Positions 10,228 through 19,750 are shown, counted from the first letter of the stretch. The stretch: 64,000 nucleotides of DNA from Alphaproteobacteria bacterium (GCA_964291675.2 OZ219866.1:256001-320000); one strand, 5' to 3'. Translations and numbers: made by a program. Notes: generated by a model from the sequence alone, not told the origin.

Positions 10228-10810
10228 GCCGCCAGCGCGCGTAGCCCTCGCCGTCGTCGACATCCTCGAGCGTTTCGAGCAGGGCGATCCGCCGTCCCGG
10301 CGGCACGTTCGCGCGCGTGTCGGCGAGCGCGTGCGGGCTCGACCAGCGGACCTGCTCGAACAGGCCGCGCGTCGGCAGGCCGGGGCGGCGCCCGACCAGC
10401 CAGTACCCGCCATCGGAAGCGGGACCGAACGCCAGATCGGCGCCGCGCAGCGCCGCGAACGCGGCCGAGACGTGGCGGGGCGCGAGCTCCGGGATATCGC
10501 TGCCCACGATGGCCACCGGCGCGGCGGCGGCGGCCGCCAGGATGCGCCCCATCCGCGCGCCCAGATCGCCGCTCCCCTGCGCGACCCGCGGGAGGTCGGG
10601 CGCCCAGGGCGCGGCGCCGTCGGCCGCGCGGTCGGGCGTCACCGCGAGCAGGGTGTCCCAGCGCCGGTCGCGGCCGAGCCGCCGCAACAGCCGGTCCGTC
10701 GCGTCGCGATAGAAGCGGAGCGCCGCGACCTCGCCGATATCCGCCGCGAGGCGCCGCTTGACCGCGCCGAGCATCGGGGCGCGGACGAACACGTAGAGCC
10801 TAGGCCGCAT
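10196..10810 (-). CDS. TIGR04282/DUF2064-like (CofC-related) transferase
   Basis: P.LG.VK.RLA, QGSGDLGARM, IVGSDIP, GPASDGGYWLVG, VRWSS, DVD. Confidence 0.85.
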   Translation of the reverse strand: MRPRLYVFVRAPMLGAVKRRLAADIGEVAALRFYRDATDRLLRRLGRDRRWDTLLAVTPDRAADGAAPWAPDLPRVAQGSGDLGARMGRILAAAAAAPVAIVGSDIPELAPRHVSAAFAALRGADLAFGPASDGGYWLVGRRPGLPTRGLFEQVRWSSPHALADTRANVPPGRRIALLETLEDVDDGEGYARWRLRRNARRGVR

Positions 10811-10837
10811 TTCTCACCAGGGTCACGGCCTGCGCGG

Positions 10838-11512
10838 TCATCGGTACAGCCTGGCGATCCCCCGGGGCGGAACGCCGAGGAAATAGAGCCCGAGGCAGAC
10901 CAGGTTGCGGGCGGAGCGGCGGAGATAGCCGGAGCGCCGGTAGCGCACGGCCGAGGTCACCGCGGCCACGCCGAGCGTATCGAGACGCCGGCGCCCGATG
11001 CGCCGCACCATGTCGACATCCTCCATCAGCACGAGCGGCCGAAACCCGCCGAGCGCGTCGTAGAACGAACGCGAGATCAGCAGCCCCTGATCGCCGTAAG
11101 CCAGGCCGAGACGGCGCGTCCGCCAGGCGACGATCGCTTCGAGCCGGCGGGCGGCCGGCGCGCCGTCGTCGAGCGCGAAGCGGAAGGTCGCCGCCCGTTC
11201 CAGGTTCGCCGGATCGGCGCACCAGGCCGAGACGGCCTCGGCCCAGCCGTCCGCGAGCACCGTGTCCGCGTGGAGAAACAATAGCCAGCCGCCGAGCGCC
11301 TCACGAGCACCCTCGGCGAGCTGGCCGCCGCGGCCGGGCGCGGTCTCGACCACGCGCGCGCCCTGCCGTCGCGCGATCTCCACCGTCTCGTCGGACGATC
11401 CGCCGTCGACCACGAGTAATTCGCACCGCGGCAGGGCGAGCGCGTCGAGCGTCCGCGCCAGCACCGCGCCCGCGTTCAGCGCCGGGATCACAATGCTGAG
11501 CTCGGGCTGCAC
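10838..11512 (-). CDS. TIGR04283-like family 2 glycosyltransferase
   Basis: SIVIPALN, VVDGGSSD, LFLHAD, YGDQG, LMEDV, TSAVRY; alternative start ATG 11548. Confidence 0.88.
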   Translation of the reverse strand: MQPELSIVIPALNAGAVLARTLDALALPRCELLVVDGGSSDETVEIARRQGARVVETAPGRGGQLAEGAREALGGWLLFLHADTVLADGWAEAVSAWCADPANLERAATFRFALDDGAPAARRLEAIVAWRTRRLGLAYGDQGLLISRSFYDALGGFRPLVLMEDVDMVRRIGRRRLDTLGVAAVTSAVRYRRSGYLRRSARNLVCLGLYFLGVPPRGIARLYR

Positions 11513-11559
11513 GCGGGCTTTCTGAGGCCTGGCCGGCGAAATGTCCATAGCGGACGAAT

Positions 11560-11574
11560 GTTCTTGTTTTGTTC
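11560..11574 (+). promoter_or_regulatory. Alphaproteobacterial LexA (SOS) box
   Basis: GTTCTTGTTTTGTTC is an exact GTTC-N7-GTTC, 24 bp upstream of the PA0069-like gene. Confidence 0.85.
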
Positions 11575-11598
11575 GGCAAGCCGCGCTAGGCTTCGGCG

Positions 11599-12672
11599 AT
11601 GGACGCCCCTCTCCCCGATCGCCCGCGCAAGGGCCGCGGCGCCGTCTCCAACCGCTCGGGGCGGTTCGAACCCCACGCCTACGAACCGGTCGACGACGGA
11701 TGGCTGGTCGAGGAGTTGCCGCCGCTCAGGACCACCGTGACCCGGGACGCGTCGAAGACGATCATAGCGCGCAACAAGTCGCCCGACGTCCCGTTCGACC
11801 GCTCGATCAACCCCTATCGCGGCTGCGAGCATGGCTGCGTCTATTGCTTCGCCCGTCCGACGCACGCCTTTCTCGGCCTGTCCCCGGGGCTCGATTTCGA
11901 GTCGCGGCTGTTCTACAAGCCGGATGCGGCGCGGCTGCTGGAAGAGGCGCTGCACAAGCCGGGCTATGAGTGCCGGGTGATGGCGATGGGGACCAACACC
12001 GACCCCTACCAGCCGATCGAGCGCGAATACCGCATCACCCGGTCGATCCTCGAAGTGCTGTCCGACTGCGACCATCCGGTGGGGATCGTCACCAAGTCGG
12101 GCCTCGTCGTCCGCGACATCGACATCCTGGCGCCGATGGCGGCGCGCGGCCTCGCTCTGGTGTGCGTCTCGGTGACCACGCTCGACCGGCGGCTGGCCCG
12201 CCTGCTGGAGCCGCGCGCGCCGACGCCGGCGCGCCGGATCGAGACCATCCGGCGCCTGGCGGATGCGGGCATCCCGACCGGGGTGATGGCGGCGCCGACG
12301 ATCCCCGGCCTGACCGACCACGAGATGGAGGACATTCTCGGCGCCGCCCGGGACGCCGGCGCGCAGACCGCGAGCTACGTCCTGCTGCGCCTGCCGCTGG
12401 AGATCGCCGATTTGTTCGTCGAATGGCTCCAGACCCACCGGCCGGACCGCGCATCGCGGGTGCTCGGCCTGATGCGCCAGCTGCATGGCGGCAAGGTCTA
12501 TGAGTCCACCTATGGCAAGCGGATGCGCGGCCAGGGACCCTACGCTTCGATGCTGGCGAAACGCTTCGAGGGCGCCTGCCGGCGGCTCGGCCTCGCCGAC
12601 AAGCGGCCGGAGCTCGACACCGGCAAGTTCAAGCGCCCGCTCCGGCGCGGCAACCAGCTCGCGCTGTTCTGA
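11599..12672 (+). CDS. PA0069/Rv2578c-family radical SAM protein (SplB-like, DNA repair)
   Basis: NPYRGCEHGCVYCFARP CxxxCxxC motif, GTNTDPYQPIE, C-terminal QLALF clamp-binding-like motif. Confidence 0.93.
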   Translation: MDAPLPDRPRKGRGAVSNRSGRFEPHAYEPVDDGWLVEELPPLRTTVTRDASKTIIARNKSPDVPFDRSINPYRGCEHGCVYCFARPTHAFLGLSPGLDFESRLFYKPDAARLLEEALHKPGYECRVMAMGTNTDPYQPIEREYRITRSILEVLSDCDHPVGIVTKSGLVVRDIDILAPMAARGLALVCVSVTTLDRRLARLLEPRAPTPARRIETIRRLADAGIPTGVMAAPTIPGLTDHEMEDILGAARDAGAQTASYVLLRLPLEIADLFVEWLQTHRPDRASRVLGLMRQLHGGKVYESTYGKRMRGQGPYASMLAKRFEGACRRLGLADKRPELDTGKFKRPLRRGNQLALF

Positions 12673-12679
12673 CGCCCGG

Positions 12680-13891
12680 TCACGCCGCGCCCTCGGTCAG
12701 CCTGGCGAGCGGCCGGTCGGGGATCGGCAGGTGGATCAGCGCGGCCACGAAACCGGCGACGATGGCGAAGGTCCAGACCGGGTCGTAGGAGCCGGTGGTA
12801 TCGAAGGACAGGCCGCCGAGCCAGACGCCGAGGAAGCTGCCGAGCTGGTGGCTCAGGAAGGCGATGGCGGCCAGCGTCGCCATGTAGCGCGGCCCGAAGA
12901 TATGGGCGATCAGCCCGGTGGTGAGCGGCACCGTCGAGAGCCACAGGAGCCCCATCGCGCCGGCGAAGACGAGGACGCTGGTCTCGGTCAGCGGCAAAGA
13001 GAGGAAGACCAGCATGGCCGCGCTCCGCGCGGTGTAGATGATGCCGAGCAGGTATTTCATCCGGTAGCGGTCGCCGAGCCTGCCGGCGGCGATGGTGCCG
13101 AACAGGTTGAACAGCCCGATGGTGGCGATCGCCGCCGCGCCGAGCGCCGGCGCCAGACCGCCGTCGGAGATATAGGCCGGGAGATGGTTCGCGATGAACT
13201 GCACCTGGAGCCCGCAGACGAAATAGGCGCTCACCAGCATCACGTAGCCGCGATGCTGGGCGGCCTCGCGCAGCGCCTCGCCGAGGCTTTGCCGGGTCCG
13301 CTGGGAGAGCCGTGCCGTCGTCCCGGCCCGCAGCGAGAGCGCGACCGGCACCGCGACGGAGAGCGCGATCGCCATGGCGATCAGCGCGCCGCGCCACTCG
13401 AACAGCTCGATCATCGCCTGGCTGTAGGGCACGAACACGGACTGCCCCAGCGTGCCGCCGGCGGTGGTGATCCCGAGCCACGTCATCCGGCGCTCCGGCG
13501 GTGCGATGCGTCCGACCAGCGCGTTCAGCAGCCCGAGCCCGCACCCGCCCATGCCGATGCCGATCAGGAACCCGGTGCCGACCAGGAAATCGGTCTGGGC
13601 GGTCGCCTGGGAGGACAGCAGGAGCCCGGCCACGGCGATCAGCGCGCCGGTGGCGATCACCCGGATCGGACCCCAGCGGTCGGCGATCATCGCGGCCAGC
13701 GGCGTGGCCAGGCCGACCACCAGGTTCTGGGTGGCGATGGCGACCGAGATCGGCTCGCGCCCCCAGCCCAGATCGACGCTGATCGGCGGGATGAACAGGC
13801 CGAAGGACTGGCGCACGCCCGAGGTCACCAGCAGGATGCAGGTGGCGCCGAGCAGCACGTAGACCGGCGTGCGCCAGAACCGGGCGACCAT
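12680..13891 (-). CDS. MFS transporter
   Basis: About 12 hydrophobic segments, ADRWG and LGDRY loop motifs, YFVCG, SHQLGSFLG. Confidence 0.9.
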   Translation of the reverse strand: MVARFWRTPVYVLLGATCILLVTSGVRQSFGLFIPPISVDLGWGREPISVAIATQNLVVGLATPLAAMIADRWGPIRVIATGALIAVAGLLLSSQATAQTDFLVGTGFLIGIGMGGCGLGLLNALVGRIAPPERRMTWLGITTAGGTLGQSVFVPYSQAMIELFEWRGALIAMAIALSVAVPVALSLRAGTTARLSQRTRQSLGEALREAAQHRGYVMLVSAYFVCGLQVQFIANHLPAYISDGGLAPALGAAAIATIGLFNLFGTIAAGRLGDRYRMKYLLGIIYTARSAAMLVFLSLPLTETSVLVFAGAMGLLWLSTVPLTTGLIAHIFGPRYMATLAAIAFLSHQLGSFLGVWLGGLSFDTTGSYDPVWTFAIVAGFVAALIHLPIPDRPLARLTEGAA

Positions 13892-13899
13892 CGAGGGGT

Positions 13900-15345
13900 C
13901 TATCCGAAGACGTCGGGGAACCGCGCCCGCACCTCGGCCGCGAGCTCGGGCGAGGTCTGGGCGACGCGCGGGAAGGACTCGATGCGTTCGTAGGGGATGC
14001 AGGCGTCGATCACGACGCGCGAGTTGTAGAGCTTCTCGTCGGTCACCATGGTGTCGAGCCTGGACGACCAGTTGCGCTCCAGCACGGTGAAATCGGTCTT
14101 GGGATCGCTGCGCGTTCCCATCGCCCAGATCACGTCGTGCATGTCGGTGGGATCGATGTCGTCGTCCACCACGACGACATAGCGCCCGACATAGCCGGTC
14201 GGGTTGACCTGCGAGGCCACCAGCCCGGCCTGGTTGGCGTGGCCGAAATAGCGTTGCCCGATCGCGACCACGACGAAGGTCCGCCCGGCGCCGGCCTGGT
14301 GCACCCAGACCCCCTTCACATCGGGAATGCCCGCGCCTTCCAGGGAATCGAGCAGGCCCGCCGAGCGGATGAAGCAGCGCTCGAAGAGATGCGAATGCGG
14401 CGGCTTCTGGCTCGCCGCGCAGGTCAGCACCGGGTCGTTGCGGTAATAGACCCGCTTGATCCTGATCGCCGGCTCTTCCCTTGCGTCGCCCGCGTAGTAG
14501 CCGGTCCACTCGCCGAACGGCCCCTCCATCGCGGTCTCGTCCGGCGACACCTCGCCTTCGAGCACGATCTCCGAATGCGCCGGGAAGGGGAGGCCGGTGA
14601 GCTCGCCCTCGATGCAGTCGATCGGCCGGCCGACCAGCCCGCCGGCCCAGTCGAGCTCGGCCACCTGGTCCGACAGGGTGTAGCGCGCCGCGATATAGGT
14701 CGCCGGGTCGATGCCGACGATGATCGCCATCGGGCAGGGCTTGCCGGCCTTCAGATACTTGTCGCGGTGGATCCGGCCCTGCTTGCCGTTGGAGATGTAG
14801 GACGTCGCCATGTCGGGCCCGTTCACCTGGACCCGGTAGGTGCCGATATTGATCCGGCCCGTGTCGGGGTCCCGGGTGACCACGCCGCAGGCGGTGCCGA
14901 TATAGCGTCCGCCGTCATGCTCGTGGTGGATCGGCACCGGAAACTTCAGGAGATCGACATCGCCGCCCGAGTCGACGTTCTGCATCACCGGGCCGTCGTC
15001 CACGATGCGGGGCGGGATCGGCTCCTGGCGCTTGATGCGGCGCCGGTAGGTGTCGAGCATGGTGCGCCGGTCGCCCGACTGCGCCGGGTCGATGCCGAGC
15101 CCGAGGGCGAGCCGGAGGGGCGAGCCCAGCATGCCGTAGAGGCAGCGCATGCCCCTGGCGTAGCCCGGCACCTCGTCGAACAGCAGCAGCGGCGACTTGT
15201 CGACCTTCTCGCGATACAGCACCTCGGTCACCGCGCCGAGCTCGCGGTCCCAATGGGCGCCCGCGACGCGCCTGACCTCGCCGCCCTCCTCGACCGCGGC
15301 GAGGAACGCCCTCAGATCGGTCTGGATCTCGTCGTTGCGCTGCAT
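13900..15345 (-). CDS. UbiD-family (prFMN-dependent) decarboxylase, copy B
   Basis: DGGRYIGT, INIGTYRV, EIVLEG, EGPFGEWTGYY, VVVDDDID, LD; GAGG RBS before ATG 15345. Confidence 0.92.
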   Translation of the reverse strand: MQRNDEIQTDLRAFLAAVEEGGEVRRVAGAHWDRELGAVTEVLYREKVDKSPLLLFDEVPGYARGMRCLYGMLGSPLRLALGLGIDPAQSGDRRTMLDTYRRRIKRQEPIPPRIVDDGPVMQNVDSGGDVDLLKFPVPIHHEHDGGRYIGTACGVVTRDPDTGRINIGTYRVQVNGPDMATSYISNGKQGRIHRDKYLKAGKPCPMAIIVGIDPATYIAARYTLSDQVAELDWAGGLVGRPIDCIEGELTGLPFPAHSEIVLEGEVSPDETAMEGPFGEWTGYYAGDAREEPAIRIKRVYYRNDPVLTCAASQKPPHSHLFERCFIRSAGLLDSLEGAGIPDVKGVWVHQAGAGRTFVVVAIGQRYFGHANQAGLVASQVNPTGYVGRYVVVVDDDIDPTDMHDVIWAMGTRSDPKTDFTVLERNWSSRLDTMVTDEKLYNSRVVIDACIPYERIESFPRVAQTSPELAAEVRARFPDVFG

Positions 15346-15365
15346 CGTGCGGTCCTCTAACGGCA

Positions 15366-15392
15366 ACCGCCGCGGCGTGGCGCCGCGGCGGT
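15366..15392. promoter_or_regulatory. Perfect 12-bp-stem hairpin between the two UbiD genes
   Basis: ACCGCCGCGGCG-TGG-CGCCGCGGCGGT. Confidence 0.55.
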
Positions 15393-15430
15393 GACAGTCT
15401 ATCGCGGCCGGCGCCGCGACTCCCCGGGGC

Positions 15431-16942
15431 TCAGTCGCAGAGATAGCCCCACTTTTCGCGCGACTCCCTGGCCAGCTCGGGCGAGGGCGCGTTGACCGGC
15501 GGGAAATCGTCCTTCCAGTGGAACGGCCGGCAGGCGTCGATGATCGCCCGGCTGTTGGTCAGATTGCCCTTCTCCTTCTCCCAGGGCGGGATGCGGGGGT
15601 CGAGATGGGTCGACCAGGCGTGGGGGATGATGTCGATCGACTCCGCCGGGTCGGAGCGGGTGAGCATCGCCCAGATCAGCTCCTCCAGATTGGAGACGTC
15701 GATGTCCTCGTCGGTCACGATCACGTATTTGCCGGCATAGGCGCCGACATGGCACTGGCAGGCGATGTGGCCGGCCTGGCGGGCGTGGCCGGGATAGCGC
15801 TGCTTGATCGACACCGCGACCAGCATGCGCGCCGTGCCCACCTCGTGCAGCCACGCGCCGTGCACGTCGGGCACGCCCGCCTTCTTGATGTTCTCCTTCA
15901 GGAGCGCCGAGCGGGTGACCGCGCGGTAGCGGGCGAGCTCGTCCGGCGGCCGCTGCGGCGGGCAGCCCAGCAGGATCGGGTTGTTGCGGTAATAGATCGC
16001 CTTGATGTCCATCACCGGCTCCTCGCGCATCCGGGAGCCGTAATAGCCGGTCCACTCGCCGAACGGACCCTCCTCCTTGCGCGCATCGGGATGGACGAAG
16101 CCCTCGAGCACGATCTCGGCGTTGGCCGGGAACGGCAGGCCGGTATGCCGGCCCTCGATCATCTGCATCGCCTCGCCGCGGAACCCGCCGACCACGTCGA
16201 ACTCGCAGACCCCGGGCGGCACCTCGCTGCAGCCCATCAGGAAGGTCATCGGGTCGCCGCCGCAGACGATCACCGCCGGCATCGGCTCGCCGCGCTGCTG
16301 GTACTTGTCGCGGTGGATGCGGCCGTGCTTGCCGGGCGAGATGTAGAAGCCGACCGACGCCTTGTCGTGGATCATCACCCGGTAGGTGCCGATATTGATC
16401 CAGCCGGTATCGGGATCGGCGGTGACGTTGTAGCTGCCGGTGCCGATATAGCGCCCGCCGTCCTCGTCGTGCCACATCGGCGTGGGGAAGATCCCGACGT
16501 CGACGTCGTCGCCCTCCATGACGTTCTCGGTCACCGGGCCCGAGTCGACGAACTCGTGCGGGATGGTGCGCAGGTCTTCCATGTAGTTCTGGCGGAACGC
16601 GTCGGTGAGCTCCATCTTGGAGAGGTCCGAAGAGAAGCCGAGCGTCATCGCCATGCGCTTGGAGGCGAAGAAATTGGTCAGCACGCGGGAGCCTTCGAGG
16701 CTCCCCGGCACGTCCTCGAAGACGATGCAGGGCGCGGTGTCGTTGTGCAGCACGACCTCGGATGCCATGCCGATGTCGCGCTCCCAGCTCGCGCCCTGGA
16801 CGTGCCTGACCTCGCCGAGCTTCTCGGCCTCTTCGAGCCATTCGCGCAGATCGGTGTAGGGGATGCGCAGCTCGTTCTCGAGCCGCGTCGCGGCTCCGCC
16901 GTCGGCCACCTTGCCGATCACGTTGCCCATATCGTCGGCCAT
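15431..16942 (-). CDS. UbiD-family decarboxylase, copy A
   Basis: DLREWL, EDGGRYIGT, INIGTYRV, ISPGKHG, EGPFGEWTGYY, VTDEDID, LDP. Confidence 0.93.
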   Translation of the reverse strand: MADDMGNVIGKVADGGAATRLENELRIPYTDLREWLEEAEKLGEVRHVQGASWERDIGMASEVVLHNDTAPCIVFEDVPGSLEGSRVLTNFFASKRMAMTLGFSSDLSKMELTDAFRQNYMEDLRTIPHEFVDSGPVTENVMEGDDVDVGIFPTPMWHDEDGGRYIGTGSYNVTADPDTGWINIGTYRVMIHDKASVGFYISPGKHGRIHRDKYQQRGEPMPAVIVCGGDPMTFLMGCSEVPPGVCEFDVVGGFRGEAMQMIEGRHTGLPFPANAEIVLEGFVHPDARKEEGPFGEWTGYYGSRMREEPVMDIKAIYYRNNPILLGCPPQRPPDELARYRAVTRSALLKENIKKAGVPDVHGAWLHEVGTARMLVAVSIKQRYPGHARQAGHIACQCHVGAYAGKYVIVTDEDIDVSNLEELIWAMLTRSDPAESIDIIPHAWSTHLDPRIPPWEKEKGNLTNSRAIIDACRPFHWKDDFPPVNAPSPELARESREKWGYLCD

Positions 16943-17110
16943 GCCGTCTCTCCCGCTCCGTCTTCGATGGATATCAAGAACGTATCCGCGCCACCGGACG
17001 CGAACCAATACATTTCCGGCATCAGACAGATAAACCCCCGCGATGTGCGCGCCGGCGCGGCTGTACTATGCTGCGCGCGAGCACCGCAACATCCGAGCGA
17101 AGGCCCGCCC

Positions 17111-17986
17111 ATGCTGCCGACAGAGCGTATCAGCTACGAGCCGATCGTGGGACGAAAACCGCTGACCCTGCCGGACGGCGCGCGCATGGCGGTCTGGGTG
17201 ATCGTCAATGTCGAGGAGTGGGACCCGGAGGCGCCGATGCCGCGCACCGTGCTCACCCCGCCGGCGGGCGGCTCGCCGAGCCCCGACATCCCCAACTGGG
17301 CGTGGCACGAATACGGCAACCGGGTCGGGTTCTGGCGCTTCGTCGAGGCGTTCGACGAATTGTCGATCCCCGCCGCGCTCTGCATCAACGGAATCGCGGT
17401 GACCGGCTACGGGCAGATCGCCGAGGCGGCGCGCGACCGGGGCTGGGAGTTCATCGGCCACGGCTTCACCCAGCGCAACATGCAGAAGGTCGACGACGAG
17501 CGCCTGGACATCCGCCGCACGACCGAGGCGATCGAGGCGTTTACGGGAAAACGGCCGCGCGGCTGGCTCGGACCCGGGCTGACCGAGACCTGGGAGACCC
17601 CCGACATCCTGGTCGAGGAGGGCTACGAATACGTCGCCGACTGGGTGCTCGACGACGAGCCGGTGGTGCTGAAGACGCGCGCCGGCCCCATCGTCAACAT
17701 CCCCTATACCCAGGAATGCAACGATGTCGCGATGATGCTGATCCAGCACCATCCGGCGCGCGAGTACCGCGACCGGGCGCTCGACCAGTTCGAGCAGATC
17801 TACCGGGATTCGGCGCGCTCGGCGCGGGTGATGGCGCTCTCCGTCCACCCCTACATCATGGGCGTGCCGCACCGCTTCCGCTATTTCCGCGAGCTGCTGC
17901 AGACCATCGCCGCGCACCGCGACGTGGCGTTCATGACCGGCGAACGGATCCTCGACTGGTATCGCGGGCAGCGGCCCGTCGGGTAG
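17111..17986 (+). CDS. Polysaccharide deacetylase family (PuuE/allantoinase-like) protein
   Basis: VNVEEW, WHEYGNRVG, FIGHG, PRGWLGPG, PYT.ECND, SVHPYIMG. Confidence 0.88.
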   Translation: MLPTERISYEPIVGRKPLTLPDGARMAVWVIVNVEEWDPEAPMPRTVLTPPAGGSPSPDIPNWAWHEYGNRVGFWRFVEAFDELSIPAALCINGIAVTGYGQIAEAARDRGWEFIGHGFTQRNMQKVDDERLDIRRTTEAIEAFTGKRPRGWLGPGLTETWETPDILVEEGYEYVADWVLDDEPVVLKTRAGPIVNIPYTQECNDVAMMLIQHHPAREYRDRALDQFEQIYRDSARSARVMALSVHPYIMGVPHRFRYFRELLQTIAAHRDVAFMTGERILDWYRGQRPVG

Positions 17987-18177
17987 GTTGTATCCGAACT
18001 GGATCGAACCGCCGACGTGATCGATGCCGTCCTTCGATACGCCCCCTTCGGGGGCTACTCAGGATGAGGGAAGGGGTGTGGGCGACCCAAAATCCTCCCT
18101 CATCCCGAGTAGCCGCGAAGCGGCGTATCGAGGGACGCCACACCGTGGCGGTTCCATCCGAAACGGACATGTTCTAG
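17984..18177. repeat. Composite palindromic element: TAG-anchored imperfect TIR shell around a four-way-junction core
   Basis: Core GTCCTTCGATACGCC...GGCGTATCGAGGGAC with inner CTACTCAGGATGAGGG/CCCTCATCCCGAGTAG and TTCG and GCGAAGC hairpins; ends TAGGTTGTATCCG..GGATCGAACCGCC / GGCGGTTCCATCCGAAACGGA..CTAG. Confidence 0.8.
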
Positions 18178-18205
18178 ATCCACGCGCGGCGAACAAGGAG
18201 GCCGG

Positions 18206-19348
18206 ATGACAGGCGCGAAGACCCCCGACGACGCGCTCGATGCCATCGCCGCGCGCATCCGCGCGACGGTGGATGCGGACCTGCCGGGCTTTCCGCACTA
18301 CGCCGACTGCGACACCGGCGCCTGGACCGCCACGCCGGACGGGTTCTGGACCGGCGGGTACTGGAACGCGATGCTGTGGCTCGGCGGCGCCGTGTTCGAC
18401 GATGCCGCCCTCGTCGCCGAGGCGCGGCGCTGGACCGAGCGGCTGCGCCCCAGGATCGGCTCGGAATCGGTGTTTCGCGGCTTCCTGTTCTATTACGGCG
18501 CGGCGCTCGGCTCGATCCTGCACGGCGACGAAGACGCCCGCGACCTCGCCCTCGCCGCGGCGGGCCGGCTGGCGGAGGATTTCGACCCGCGGCTGGGCCT
18601 GATCCCGCTCGGTGTTGAGGCCGAGGAGGCGCATACCGTGGGCGCGGGCGAGGCCAATATCGACGGCCTCGCCGCGGTGCCGCTTCTGCTGTTCGCCGCC
18701 GGGTCCGGCGGCGAGGCGGGCTTGCGCGACCGCGCGGTGGCCCACACGCTCAGGAGCGCGGCGCTCTGCATCCGCGACGACGGCTCGGTGGTGCAGTCGG
18801 TGAGCCTCGACCCCGACACCGGCGCGCCGATCCGCACCTACACCCACAAGGGCGTCTCCGACAGCTCGACCTGGACCCGGGCGCAGGCCTGGGCAATGCA
18901 GTTCCTCGCCCATGCGGGCAGGCATTTGCCGGAAGAGACGGCGCCGATGGACGCGGCGCTGCGGGTGACCGACTGGTGGATCGAAAACGTGCCCAACGAC
19001 CGGATCGCCTATTGGGATTTCGATGCGCCGATCGACCACGACACGCGCAAGGACACATCGGGCACCGCCATCGCGGCGACGGCGATCCTCAAGCTGTCCG
19101 CCGCGGTCGCCGACCCGGACGCCGCCGCGCGCTACCGCGACTTCGCCGAAGAGACTCTGCTGACGCTCGCCGCCTGCCATCTCACGCCGGTCGCGCCGAG
19201 GGACCGGCGGCCGCCCGGAATCCTGACCAATGGCTGCTTCGACCAGCGCTCCGGCATGGCGCTCGCCAACGAGCTGATCTGGGGCAGCTACTACCTGCTC
19301 GAAGGGCTGGCGATGCTCGCCGGCCGGTTGGAGACCGGCAGGATCTGA
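18206..19348 (+). CDS. GH88 (unsaturated glucuronyl hydrolase)-like protein
   Basis: WTGGYW, NIDGL, IRDDGS, STWTRAQAW, YWDFDAP, KDTSGTAI, IWGSYYLLEGL; AAGGAGG RBS. Confidence 0.8.
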   Translation: MTGAKTPDDALDAIAARIRATVDADLPGFPHYADCDTGAWTATPDGFWTGGYWNAMLWLGGAVFDDAALVAEARRWTERLRPRIGSESVFRGFLFYYGAALGSILHGDEDARDLALAAAGRLAEDFDPRLGLIPLGVEAEEAHTVGAGEANIDGLAAVPLLLFAAGSGGEAGLRDRAVAHTLRSAALCIRDDGSVVQSVSLDPDTGAPIRTYTHKGVSDSSTWTRAQAWAMQFLAHAGRHLPEETAPMDAALRVTDWWIENVPNDRIAYWDFDAPIDHDTRKDTSGTAIAATAILKLSAAVADPDAAARYRDFAEETLLTLAACHLTPVAPRDRRPPGILTNGCFDQRSGMALANELIWGSYYLLEGLAMLAGRLETGRI

Positions 19349-19360
19349 GCGAATTCCGGG

Positions 19361-19750
19361 TCAGGCCCCGGCGCGCGCCGGCGGCGGCCCGTGGATGTTG
19401 CGTCCCCGCTGCGACCCGCGCGCCCACCAGATGACGAGCGGCACGATCCCCGCGACCGTCGGGATCAGAAGCAACCACCAGGCGCTCCGTCCGATATCGT
19501 GCAGTCTCCGCGCGCCCGCCGCCAGAAAGGGGACGAGGAGAATGAGTTCGAGGACGGCCGGCACCATCTCGGCTGCCGCGGGATCGGCGGGAAACACCTG
19601 GCCGCCGACGGCCTGCGCGGCCAGGCTCATCAGCAGGAAGAAGAGGCAGAACCACCAGAATTCGCTTCTCGACGCGCGCCCGGAAAACTCCGCGAAACCT
19701 GTGATGCAGGTCGTCACGGCCTGCCCGAAACCCATGGTCATCCGCCGCAT
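19361..19750 (-). CDS. DUF805 family membrane protein
   Basis: FSGRASRSEFWWF, ARRLHDIGRSAWW, N.HGPPP. Confidence 0.88.
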   Translation of the reverse strand: MRRMTMGFGQAVTTCITGFAEFSGRASRSEFWWFCLFFLLMSLAAQAVGGQVFPADPAAAEMVPAVLELILLVPFLAAGARRLHDIGRSAWWLLLIPTVAGIVPLVIWWARGSQRGRNIHGPPPARAGA

